Shown here: positions 38,731 through 46,777 of the stretch, piece after piece
Numbering within the stretch: position 1 is the stretch's first letter
How the letters are laid out: each line of letters begins with the position of its first letter
NCBI GenBank assembly: GCA_963704725.1
Contig: OY969934.1
Coordinates: 1,024,001 to 1,088,000, forward strand
Source: an uncultured Actinomycetes bacterium
Lineage (GTDB): Bacteria; Actinomycetota; UBA4738; HRBIN12
Length of the DNA: 64,000 nt
Reading direction: 5' to 3'
Notes under the pieces: generated by a model
Seen by the model: the letters and a program-made list of their open reading frames with translations, nothing else
Told to the model about the DNA's origin: nothing
The model's database searches: none
Program-made: the position numbers and the translations under genes

Positions 38731-39660
38731 TCAGACTCGCCCGTAGCGGTCGAGCGCGTCTCGACGGTTAGCCTCGTCGACCCGCTCGCGCTCCTCGGCC
38801 TCGGCCGCGCGCTCCGCGTCACGCCCCCGCATCGCCTCGACCTCTCGGGCGTATCGCTCTCCGTCCTCCGCGAGCTCCTCCGCGAGTGACGGGCCGTTCG
38901 CCATGCGAGCCGCGCGGTCGGAGTTGATCCGGGCGAGCTCGCGCAGGTGCTCCCGCCCCTCGCGCTCGGCACGGACCTCCCGGACGAGCTGCTCGCGCGC
39001 CTCCTCGATCTGCTTCTGCCGCCTCTCGTCGGGAGTCGGTGGGACGGCGTCGGCGATGAGCCGCTTGTAACGATCGAGGTCGCTCTCCGACTTGATGTCG
39101 ACGAGTTGGGTGAACCGGTTGGCACCGGCATAGACGACCGACACCTCTAGGAGCTCCACTTCATCCAGCCAGGTGGCGGCCTTGTCTCCTCCGCCGTATG
39201 GGCCAACGTGTTCCTCGACCACGGCGTATCCGATCGAGAACTCCCGAATGATGTCCTTGAGCAGAAGCTCGTAGACAGTCATCGCCTGCGTACTCGTGTC
39301 GAGCTCCAGTCGGCCTTCGATGACGAGCCCCTTCGCAGAGACAGTGGCCGCGGTGACCCCTCCGATGGCGGCTGTGGCGTCGATACGGTCGTGGGCATAG
39401 AAGAGAGGCCACAAGTACTGCCCCTGCCGTCCTGAGCGCTTGCCGTACGCCTCTCTGATCGTCCTGTCGTAGGCGCCGGGCGAGATGATGTCTCCCTGGG
39501 AGTCTGGCGGTGGACCGAACGTGCTAACGATCGCGGTAAAGACCCCGCGACCGTCCGACGGGCTCTTCGTGACGGTGGCGCGGGCGACCTTCACGCGGTG
39601 GTCGGGGGGACCGAGCGCCCGGATCACGTCTGCCAGGTCACTGGCGGTTTGTCGGTTCAT
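38731..39660 (-). CDS. HK97-family prohead protease with long charged C-terminal extension
   Basis: DSQGDIISPGAY, LFYAH, FSIGY, LLEVSVV..GAN, then ~115 aa of E/R-rich helix. Confidence 0.88.
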   Translation of the reverse strand: MNRQTASDLADVIRALGPPDHRVKVARATVTKSPSDGRGVFTAIVSTFGPPPDSQGDIISPGAYDRTIREAYGKRSGRQGQYLWPLFYAHDRIDATAAIGGVTAATVSAKGLVIEGRLELDTSTQAMTVYELLLKDIIREFSIGYAVVEEHVGPYGGGDKAATWLDEVELLEVSVVYAGANRFTQLVDIKSESDLDRYKRLIADAVPPTPDERRQKQIEEAREQLVREVRAEREGREHLRELARINSDRAARMANGPSLAEELAEDGERYAREVEAMRGRDAERAAEAEERERVDEANRRDALDRYGRV

Positions 39661-39937
39661 CCTTCTGCACTCCTTCGATCTCGTTGACCTCGGCGATCAG
39701 CTCTGCGTCGATCCCGTCGACCGAGGTGATCGCGGCGTCCCTGATGACGACGCGGTGGCTCTGATCCAGCAGTTCAAGCAGGGTGAGTCGCAGCATGTCG
39801 GTCTGGCTCTGCAGATCTCTCCCCGCCCTCACGCCATACTTCTGCCGAAACGCCGCGACGTTCAGACGGCTCCACAGCTCCACCAGGTCGGCAGCGACCT
39901 CGGCCGCATCGAGGTACTTCTCCTCGGACTCGATCAT
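39638..39937 (-). CDS. Hypothetical protein
   Basis: Overlaps its neighbours in the packaging operon; AAGGAG RBS. Confidence 0.55.
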   Translation of the reverse strand: MIESEEKYLDAAEVAADLVELWSRLNVAAFRQKYGVRAGRDLQSQTDMLRLTLLELLDQSHRVVIRDAAITSVDGIDAELIAEVNEIEGVQKDEPTNRQ

Positions 39938-40137
39938 TCGTTCTCCTTCTTGCCGTCGTGCTCGTGCGGCTCCGGGCCGATCCAGTTCCTCGCAGCCTCG
40001 GAGTCAGGTCGGTCAGGAGGCACGTAGTGCTGGCACCCCACCCAACGGCCGTCCGAAAGCTGGCGCGGCGTCTGGGCCTCCTCGGGGCGCTCCCTCGGTC
40101 GAAACATCACGCAGCTCCTTCTCTCTGTCGGTCCCAT
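39934..40137 (-). CDS. Small hypothetical protein (start uncertain)
   Basis: ATGA coupling to the next gene. Confidence 0.35.
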   Translation of the reverse strand: MGPTERRSCVMFRPRERPEEAQTPRQLSDGRWVGCQHYVPPDRPDSEAARNWIGPEPHEHDGKKENE

Positions 40138-40433
40138 CGGGTGCGAGCGGCTCGCGCTGCCTTCTGCGACTTCGTCTCGCCCTTCGCCTCGGGGAACCCT
40201 CTGGCGATCAGGTCAGCCAGCAGCCGGCGGTGCTTCACCACGGCGTCCAGCGCGGGATTGCGAACGAGCTGACCGCGCGCACCCGGGATCACGGGCCCGT
40301 GCTCGTCGATCGCGGCCTCTAGCTGCGCGACCTCGTCGGCCGTCCGGCACATCAGGTCGAGGAGAGCTCGGCCATCGACCGTGTCCACCTCAAAGGCCGC
40401 CGTGATGGCAGCTCGTAGCTCGTCTCCTGTCAC
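40107..40433 (-). CDS. Actinophage-type terminase small subunit
   Basis: LLDLMCRTADEVAQLEAAI...GARGQLVRNPAL...SQKAARAARTRW. Confidence 0.78.
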   Translation of the reverse strand: MTGDELRAAITAAFEVDTVDGRALLDLMCRTADEVAQLEAAIDEHGPVIPGARGQLVRNPALDAVVKHRRLLADLIARGFPEAKGETKSQKAARAARTRWDRQREGAA

Positions 40434-40979
40434 TGGTCTCTCTCCTTCTGCAAGCCGTTGCAGGTAGACTCACGCACCCTGCCGGGAGGGCTTGCTCTGC
40501 GCTGTGAGACGCCGATAGGCCGGCGTTCCCGAGGTGGGCACCCGCGTCGCTGGCTCTACGGCGCGTGCTCCCTTGCGGCTCCCCTCGGACAGGCCCCTCG
40601 GCCTGCCTAGGACGGCGAGAGTCGGCCCCACAGCCCGATCTCGTGCCTGCTCCGGTCGCTGTGCACCGATTCGCGCCGCACGCCGACCGCCGGAACAGGC
40701 GAAGCGTGTCCGGGCGCACGGCGACCCCGCGCTCGAAGCCCCCTCCCGCCCGCTGTCGCCGCTCTACCGGCGCGTGCTCCCGGGATCCGGCTTGCACCCC
40801 CGCGACGAGCCTCTCGTCTGCCTGGGTCGGCGGTGGCCCGCCTCCTCGGACATCTGCCTAGATCGGCGGTGAGCTGCTGGCTGGCAGGCTGGGCGGGCGA
40901 GTCCGGGGGCCTCTCGAACCGCTGACCCGGGCGGCGGCGGATCCATCTCGTCGTTGGACGAGATCGTGGGATTGCTCGA

Positions 40980-41519
40980 CTACTTAATGCTGCCGTTCCG
41001 GATGCGGAATCGACGCACGGCGAGCAGCTTGACGCCGGGAACTCCGGATCGAGTCAGCCAAGCGATGCGATACGGACCGTCGCTAAGCGGTTCATCCTCC
41101 TGTCCCCGCGATCGCTCCGGATAGAGGGCGTAGTAGTGCTCGTTCGGCACGTCGTTGGCTCTTACGGTTTGAGGCGGTCGGACTTGCAGCGGAACGGGCC
41201 GACCACGCCTATACGCGACTTCGCATCTCAGGCTGGAATCGATCTCATGGCCCGGTGGCGGAGTGAGTGTCAACATGACCCGGCTTCCGGGGAACTCCTT
41301 GGACCAGAAAGGCTTGGGTGCCTTCCAGCTGGGATCAGCTCGTCTCCAGTCGTCGAATCGCTGGGGCCAATCCGGTCGGACGGCAAAGCTGATCGCCACA
41401 ACGGCCAAGGCACCCGCCACGATGGCCCACGAGGGGCTCTTGTAGTCCGACAAGGCGATGGCGGCTGAGACCAGGATCCCGGTCAAGAGCGTGGCCCCCT
41501 GACGGATCTGGTCGCCCAT
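40980..41519 (-). CDS. Membrane-anchored hypothetical cargo protein
   Basis: Two N-terminal TM helices; lower-GC DNA. Confidence 0.55.
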   Translation of the reverse strand: MGDQIRQGATLLTGILVSAAIALSDYKSPSWAIVAGALAVVAISFAVRPDWPQRFDDWRRADPSWKAPKPFWSKEFPGSRVMLTLTPPPGHEIDSSLRCEVAYRRGRPVPLQVRPPQTVRANDVPNEHYYALYPERSRGQEDEPLSDGPYRIAWLTRSGVPGVKLLAVRRFRIRNGSIK

Positions 41520-41585
41520 GCCCGGAGCGTACGCCCATCGAGACCCAGGCAGACTGAGACACCGCCCGGCGCTCGCCGGGATGTC

Positions 41586-41936
41586 ATGTCGGCTACAATG
41601 CCCGAGCCGAGGGCCTCATCTAGCACGAGGTCCGCTACCAAAAGGGGCGTCAACATGCCCAGCAACGGCAGCAGCATCATCCCTCCCGTCACGACAATTC
41701 ACGGGTTCGAGGTGCATCCCACCGTGGAGTCCGACGGCACCGATGCCGGCGGGTCGAAGACCCTCGTGAATGGCAGCTGGTACAGGCTGACGCGCGGCGG
41801 CCACTTCTTCACGCAGGCGGCCGATACCCACACTCACCCGTGGCAGGACTTCGAGGAGTTCATCGCTACGGTGGCAGGTGCGGCGCAGGCGCTGAAGCGG
41901 TACCAGCAGCGCCGGGAGACTGACCTGCGCGTCTGA
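41586..41936 (+). CDS. Hypothetical protein (start may be 41655)
   Basis: Protein-like composition; AAGGGG before the second ATG. Confidence 0.5.
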   Translation: MSATMPEPRASSSTRSATKRGVNMPSNGSSIIPPVTTIHGFEVHPTVESDGTDAGGSKTLVNGSWYRLTRGGHFFTQAADTHTHPWQDFEEFIATVAGAAQALKRYQQRRETDLRV

Positions 41937-42061
41937 CGAACGCAGTCGTCTTCGACGGTGGCAGCGGCAAGCCAGGAGGATGGCCTCTGCCCCCGCCGCC
42001 GTCTTTCGCCCGGTGACGCCAGAGTCGCCGGACACCTGGCAGGGAAGCGCGGGGGAAAGCG

Positions 42062-42256
42062 TCACGCTCCGTGACGCTTTAGGACGCCGCTCTCCCTCCG
42101 ACTTGCCCGATGGCAGTCTCCGCAGAGCTTCAGGTACCGGGGATCAATCAGGACGGGGTGGCGCCTGCCTCGCTCCCGGCATCCGGGGCACACGACCAGC
42201 CCCTCGAACCTCGATCGCGCAGCGTCTCCTCGATCCCGGAGCCGTACCGTTGTCAT
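42062..42256 (-). CDS. Small zinc-finger protein
   Basis: CPGC...CGDC; GAGGAAG upstream. Confidence 0.5.
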   Translation of the reverse strand: MTTVRLRDRGDAARSRFEGLVVCPGCRERGRRHPVLIDPRYLKLCGDCHRASRRESGVLKRHGA

Positions 42257-42327
42257 CGTTCTTCCTCTTCTCGTCCCAGATAGCTGTTGACCTGCTCCCA
42301 CCCCGCCTCAGTTCATAGGGGGCTGCT

Positions 42328-42438
42328 AAGTGTCCAACCAGGGATGGACGGACAGTTGGGTAGCACCCCAAGGAGGGCGAAAGTGTCCAACCAGTGGTGA
42401 TGGCGGTGGGACACCTGGTGGGACATCCCGGCGGGACG
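42328..42438. repeat. Iteron-like cluster, putative replication origin
   Basis: AAGTGTCCAACCAG x2 (42328, 42381) and GGTGGGACA x2 (42405, 42417); TGTCC/GGACA core in both orientations; directly downstream of the helicase. Confidence 0.6.
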
Positions 42439-42439
42439 C

Positions 42440-43705
42440 CTATGAGGTCAGCAGCTCCTTGACCATCTCGGACCAGCTGTCGCCGACGCGGAACCATCGG
42501 TCCGGCGTCCCACCTTCGCCGGGGACCGGCTCGCCCTTCTCGCGCCGGACCTTGCCGCGCTGTTCGAGCTTCGCGAGCCAGCGCCGCACCGTGCGCTCGG
42601 TCGCCTCGACTTCGAGCTCGTTGAGGACCTCCTCGATCGTGAGGCCCCTCGTGGCCGTCTCGAGGACTCCGAGCACCTCGTCGATCCCCTCGACCACGTC
42701 TCGCCGCATCCGGCCGAGATCCTCGCCGCGACCGTGCGACCAGCGCAGAGTCTGCTCCTCTGGGATCGACTCGACGCGGCCACCGACGTACTTGATCGTT
42801 CGAGGCATCTTGCCCTCGCCGACGACCGCGAAGATGAGGTCGTTGGCAGCGTGGAACTCCGTCGAGCCGCGAGCCCGGTGCTTGTCCCAAGGGGCCTGGT
42901 GCAGCGTCACCACCGCGGCGTTCTCCTCGCGCAGAGGGTCCAGGGCGTCCAGGCACGCGCCGATCACGTCGGCGGAGTTGCCCTGGTCGTCTTTCAGCCC
43001 AAACCAAGCCCGCGCGGTGTCGATCACGACGAGGTCCGCTCGATGGGCCCGCGCGGTTGCCACGATCATCGCGGCGATCTCACCCCACCGCTTCCCGAGC
43101 AGATCTGGATGGGACTTGCGGACGATCATCACCGGACCCGACTCCTCGAGGCCGAACGTGCGGAGCTTGTCGGCGACGGTGTCGCGCGACTCCTCGGTGA
43201 GGTAGAGGATCCGCCTTCCGTCTCGGACGGCGTCGACCATCCGCGCCCAGATCGTGAAGGACTTGCCGGCCTTTGACTGCCCGACCACGAGGGTCCGTAG
43301 CCGACGGTACGCGAGGTTTACGAGGACCGGGTCGAACATCTCGGGGGTGCCCCGGAGGATGTCGTCGGCCGTCTCGACCGGGAGCAGCAGCGCCACATCC
43401 CGCTCCGCGGGCCCGGCGTCTAGCTCCGCGCGAATGGCCTCCTCGGCCACGACTCGCTCCGCCGCCTCGATCACCTGAACGCGGATCATCGCGTCGTTCA
43501 GGGTCGCGTAGGCCCCGCAGGTCAGCACGTCCGGGCAGTCCCGCGGGTCGTCCGCGCAACCGGCGTGGTCGGTCCGCGTCGGCTTCGGGTAGAAGCGCGG
43601 CTCCTCCTTGATTCGCGGGGGGCACCCGATGCGCTCCCACAGCTCGCACTTCGGCTCGAGTGCAGTGCAACCGTCGTGCTTGGTCTTGGTCAGGGTGCTG
43701 CTCAT
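42440..43705 (-). CDS. AAA_25/RepA-like SF4 helicase with C-terminal winged helix
   Basis: Walker A GQSKAGKS, YLTEE, Walker B LVVIDT, LHQ, RGS; wHTH TERTVRRWLAKLEQRGKV. Confidence 0.85.
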   Translation of the reverse strand: MSSTLTKTKHDGCTALEPKCELWERIGCPPRIKEEPRFYPKPTRTDHAGCADDPRDCPDVLTCGAYATLNDAMIRVQVIEAAERVVAEEAIRAELDAGPAERDVALLLPVETADDILRGTPEMFDPVLVNLAYRRLRTLVVGQSKAGKSFTIWARMVDAVRDGRRILYLTEESRDTVADKLRTFGLEESGPVMIVRKSHPDLLGKRWGEIAAMIVATARAHRADLVVIDTARAWFGLKDDQGNSADVIGACLDALDPLREENAAVVTLHQAPWDKHRARGSTEFHAANDLIFAVVGEGKMPRTIKYVGGRVESIPEEQTLRWSHGRGEDLGRMRRDVVEGIDEVLGVLETATRGLTIEEVLNELEVEATERTVRRWLAKLEQRGKVRREKGEPVPGEGGTPDRWFRVGDSWSEMVKELLTS

Positions 43706-44020
43706 GCCGATTCCTCTCCGGAGCGCGCCGAGGAAACGGCGATACGCCCCACGTCAGTGACGTGAGGCGTCAAGAGATGTCGATGCTTCACGTCGCGGAT
43801 ACTGCTGATGCTGATGCTGATGCGATCCCGTCGGCGAGCGTTGTCCGGGAGACCCCGAGGGGCCTCCCGGTACACGCTTCTCCGCGACGAGACACCGGCC
43901 TAAGCCAGTCCGAGGGCATCACTCCCCGGCGACCTACCCGGGCGGGTAGGACGATGAGCGCGCTCGGCGACCCCAGCCAACCAGGTGGGTCCGCGGCAGA
44001 GCGCGCGAAGCTCAGGAACT

Positions 44021-44105
44021 TTGCACTGCAAGGGTATTCATACCGCTCACCTAATAGACCCCGCCGATACGCCTTGCACTGCAAGGACTGCGGGATTGCA
44101 GTGGA
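44021..44105. promoter_or_regulatory. Palindromic operator-like repeats TTGCACTGCAAGG
   Basis: Copies at 44021-44033 and 44074-44086, plus an inverted partial copy at 44096, in the divergent intergenic region. Confidence 0.5.
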
Positions 44106-44183
44106 GGACTGTCGACCAGCCGTTGGACGCAGCACTGCGGCAGCCTGGCAGTCCGTCGTGGTACTGTCACGGGGGCGTTACGA

Positions 44184-44531
44184 ATGAAACGCGAGGATAA
44201 CGATCCGCGGCTGCGACCAGGTCTGCCCAAGTGGGTGCGTCACGCCCCGCTTGACGAGCTGACCGAAGAGGACCTCGACCCTGCGACCTGGACGCCCACG
44301 CCGGGCCGACCACGCAAGTACGAGTCGAATGCTGAACGCCAGCGCGCATACCGCCAGCGGAAGGCCGAGAAGCGATCACGAGAGTGGGCCGAGCGACTCG
44401 GCGTCGACCTCCCCCCGGGGACCGTGCTGACCAGCCGCGACTACGGACGCATCGGGAACGAGGTGAAGGCGGGGAGGCTGCGACGCGGACCTCGACGCCC
44501 AAGCGGAGAAGCTCCGAAACCACCCCGGTGA
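44184..44531 (+). CDS. Small basic DNA-binding protein (AT-hook-like)
   Basis: GRPRKYESNAERQRAYRQRK. Confidence 0.65.
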   Translation: MKREDNDPRLRPGLPKWVRHAPLDELTEEDLDPATWTPTPGRPRKYESNAERQRAYRQRKAEKRSREWAERLGVDLPPGTVLTSRDYGRIGNEVKAGRLRRGPRRPSGEAPKPPR

Positions 44532-44554
44532 CGAGCGGGAGCAGGAGTGGCGCG

Positions 44555-44942
44555 GCTATCATCCCGCGACCGTGGCCGATCTGCGCATCTCGGAGAAGGC
44601 TGGCTCCTTCACCGAGTCCGTGATCCGGGAGATGACCCGCCTAGCGTCCGTGCACGGCGCGATCAACCTGGGTCAGGGCTTCCCTGACTTCCCGGCACCG
44701 AGCGAGGTGAAGGAGGCGGCCCGGCGGGCCATCGCGGAGGACCACAACCAGTACCCGATCACCTGGGGCACCGCGGAGCTCCGGACCGCGATCGCCGGGC
44801 ACTACGAGCGGTGGTACGGGATGCACCTCGATCCCGAAACCGAGATCTGTGTCACGTGCGGCTCGACCGAGGCGATGATCGTCTCCATGCTGGCGACGCT
44901 CGATCCCGGCGACGAGATCGTGCTTTTTCAACCTTTTACGAG
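44555..44942 (+). repeat. Right (element-borne) copy of the aminotransferase promoter and 5' end
   Basis: 9 amino-acid differences over 122 codons, many synonymous changes, and 1 nt shorter just before the core. Confidence 0.95.
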
Positions 44943-45743
44943 AGCTACAACCCGGACGCCATCCTCACCGGGGTCACGCCTCGCTACGTCGCCCTCCGGC
45001 CGCCCGACTGGACGTTCGACGAGGCCGACCTGCGCGCCGCGTTCACGGATCGGACCCGGGCCATCGTGATCAACACGCCGAACAACCCGACGGGCAAGGT
45101 GTTCGCGCGCGACGAGCTCGAGGCGATCGCGGCGCTGTGCGAACGATTCGACGCCGTCGCGATCACCGACGAGATCTACGAGCATCTGACGTACGACGGC
45201 ACGCGCCACGTCCCGATCGCCACGATCCCCGGCATGCAGGAGCGGACGATCACGATCAGCGCGCTCTCGAAGACCTACGCCGTCACGGGATGGCGCGTGG
45301 GGTGGGCGGTCGCCGCCGGCCGGCTCATGCCCGGGATCCGCTCCGTCCACGACTTCCTCACCGTCGCCGCCGCCACGCCCCTGCAGCTCGCGGGGGTCGA
45401 GGCGCTCGCGCTGCCCGACGCCTACTACGACCGGCTCCGCGAGGAGTACGTCGAGCGCCGAGACCTGATGATGCGAACGCTGGGCGAGACCGGGTTCGAG
45501 GCGGTGGTTCCCCAGGGTGCGTACTACGTGATGGCCGACGTCTCCCACCTCGGGCTCGGCAGCGACGTCGAGACCGCGCACCACATGGTCGAGCGCGAGG
45601 GCGTCGCGGTCGTCCCCGGCTCGTCCTTCTTCTCCCACCCGGACCTCGGCCGGCACCTGGTGCGGTTCGCGTTCTGCAAGCGGATCGACACGCTCGAGGC
45701 CGCCGCCGAGCGGCTGCGGGTCCTCGCCGCCCGGGCGACCTAG
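44572..45743 (+). CDS. Class I/II PLP aminotransferase, reconstituted across attR but with a 1-nt frameshift at ~44924-44937 as sequenced
   Basis: 5' frame ends LFQPF; 3' frame continues YESYNP...NTPNNPTGK, DEIYE, SKTYAVTGWRVG, VRFAFCK. Confidence 0.8.
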
Positions 45744-46777
45744 AGGCCGCCCCACCCCCGGCCGGGAGCGAGCACGCCGTTCGGGTCGAACGCCGTCTTC
45801 AGCCTGCGCTGCACCTCGGCCGCCGGGACCGGCCCGTCGCCGAGCCCACCCGGCCCGCGGACCGTCGGGGCGATGCCGCCTGCCGCACGCACGCGTTCAC
45901 GGACCTCTTCCAGGGGGCCGTCGGCGTCCTCGAGCCCGATCCACGCGATCCCCACGCCGGCGAGCGCTCCCCACGCGTCGCCCACGACGACCTCGGCGAG
46001 CCTCGAAGGGGGCACCGCCGCCTCGACCACGACGGAGGAGGGCTCCCACGGGCGCGTCGACGGGAAAGCGTCGTCGTCGACCACGCCGGTCGCCCCGGCC
46101 ACGGCGGCCGTCTGCTCCTCGACCTCGGCGGCCCATCCCTCGAGCCTGAGCTCGACGCCCTCCGGTGTGACCATCAGGCCGGCCGGCGTGGGGACGGCGC
46201 CCATGGCCGCGCTCGCCTCGTCGAACCCCCCCGCCAGGCGGATCGTTCGGCGCGCCTCCGGGAGCGGGCGCACCTTGAGGGCGACCTGGACGACGACGCC
46301 GAGCGTCCCGAGCGACCCGCACACCAGCTTGTGCAGGTCGTAGCCGGTGACGTTCTTCACGGTCCGGGCGCCGCTGCGGACGAACCGCCCGTCGCCGGTG
46401 ACGACCTCGGTCTCCAACACCGTATCGCGGAGCGCCCCCACCTTCAGGCGCCGGGGGCTCGACGCGCCGCTCGCGAGGACGCCGCCCACCGTGGCGTCGT
46501 CGGGCGCGTCCGCCGGCCACTCCTGCCCGCCCTCGGCGAGACGCCGCCGGAGGTCGCCGATCCGCATCCCGGCCTCGACGACCGCGATCATCTCGGCGGG
46601 CTCGTACGACACGAGCCGGTCGAGCTGGGTCGTCCAGAGCTCGGCGTCGACGTCGCACGGGTTCCCCTTGTCGATGTGCCGGCGGCCGCCGACCACGAGC
46701 AGCCTGCGGCCCTGCTCGTTCGCGGCCCGGACCGCCTCGACGGTCTCGGCCTTCGTCGGGGGATGGATCAGATCCAC
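45740..46777 (-). CDS. glcE: FAD-binding oxidoreductase (GlcE-like)
   Basis: ATVGG, KNVTGYDLHKL, GSLGTLGV, KTAFDP. Confidence 0.85.
   Translation of the reverse strand: MDLIHPPTKAETVEAVRAANEQGRRLLVVGGRRHIDKGNPCDVDAELWTTQLDRLVSYEPAEMIAVVEAGMRIGDLRRRLAEGGQEWPADAPDDATVGGVLASGASSPRRLKVGALRDTVLETEVVTGDGRFVRSGARTVKNVTGYDLHKLVCGSLGTLGVVVQVALKVRPLPEARRTIRLAGGFDEASAAMGAVPTPAGLMVTPEGVELRLEGWAAEVEEQTAAVAGATGVVDDDAFPSTRPWEPSSVVVEAAVPPSRLAEVVVGDAWGALAGVGIAWIGLEDADGPLEEVRERVRAAGGIAPTVRGPGGLGDGPVPAAEVQRRLKTAFDPNGVLAPGRGWGGL

Larger units (their letters stand above)
34190..44942. mobile_element. Serine-integrase satellite-like integrative element (element 2), 10,747 bp between crossover points
   Basis: Core TACGAG at 34190-34195 (attL) and 44937-44942 (attR); joining the flanks restores a 390-aa ORF; reconstructed attP has the inverted repeat ACCTTTTAC-GA-GTACAAGGT. 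Confidence 0.92.

Noticed and set aside
40434-40979. Possible cos/pac site or ORF 40534-40872 upstream of TerS (likewise 923-1094 in element 1)
   Set aside because: Position is suggestive, but there is no recognisable motif and the ORF has shadow-like composition.
43803-43823. (TGCTGA)x3 microsatellite upstream of the helicase
   Set aside because: Too short to imply phase variation; no supported ORF.
33807-44942. The duplicated aminotransferase 5' end as an assembly artefact
   Set aside because: The copies differ at many synonymous sites and end exactly at a symmetric att core next to an integrase.
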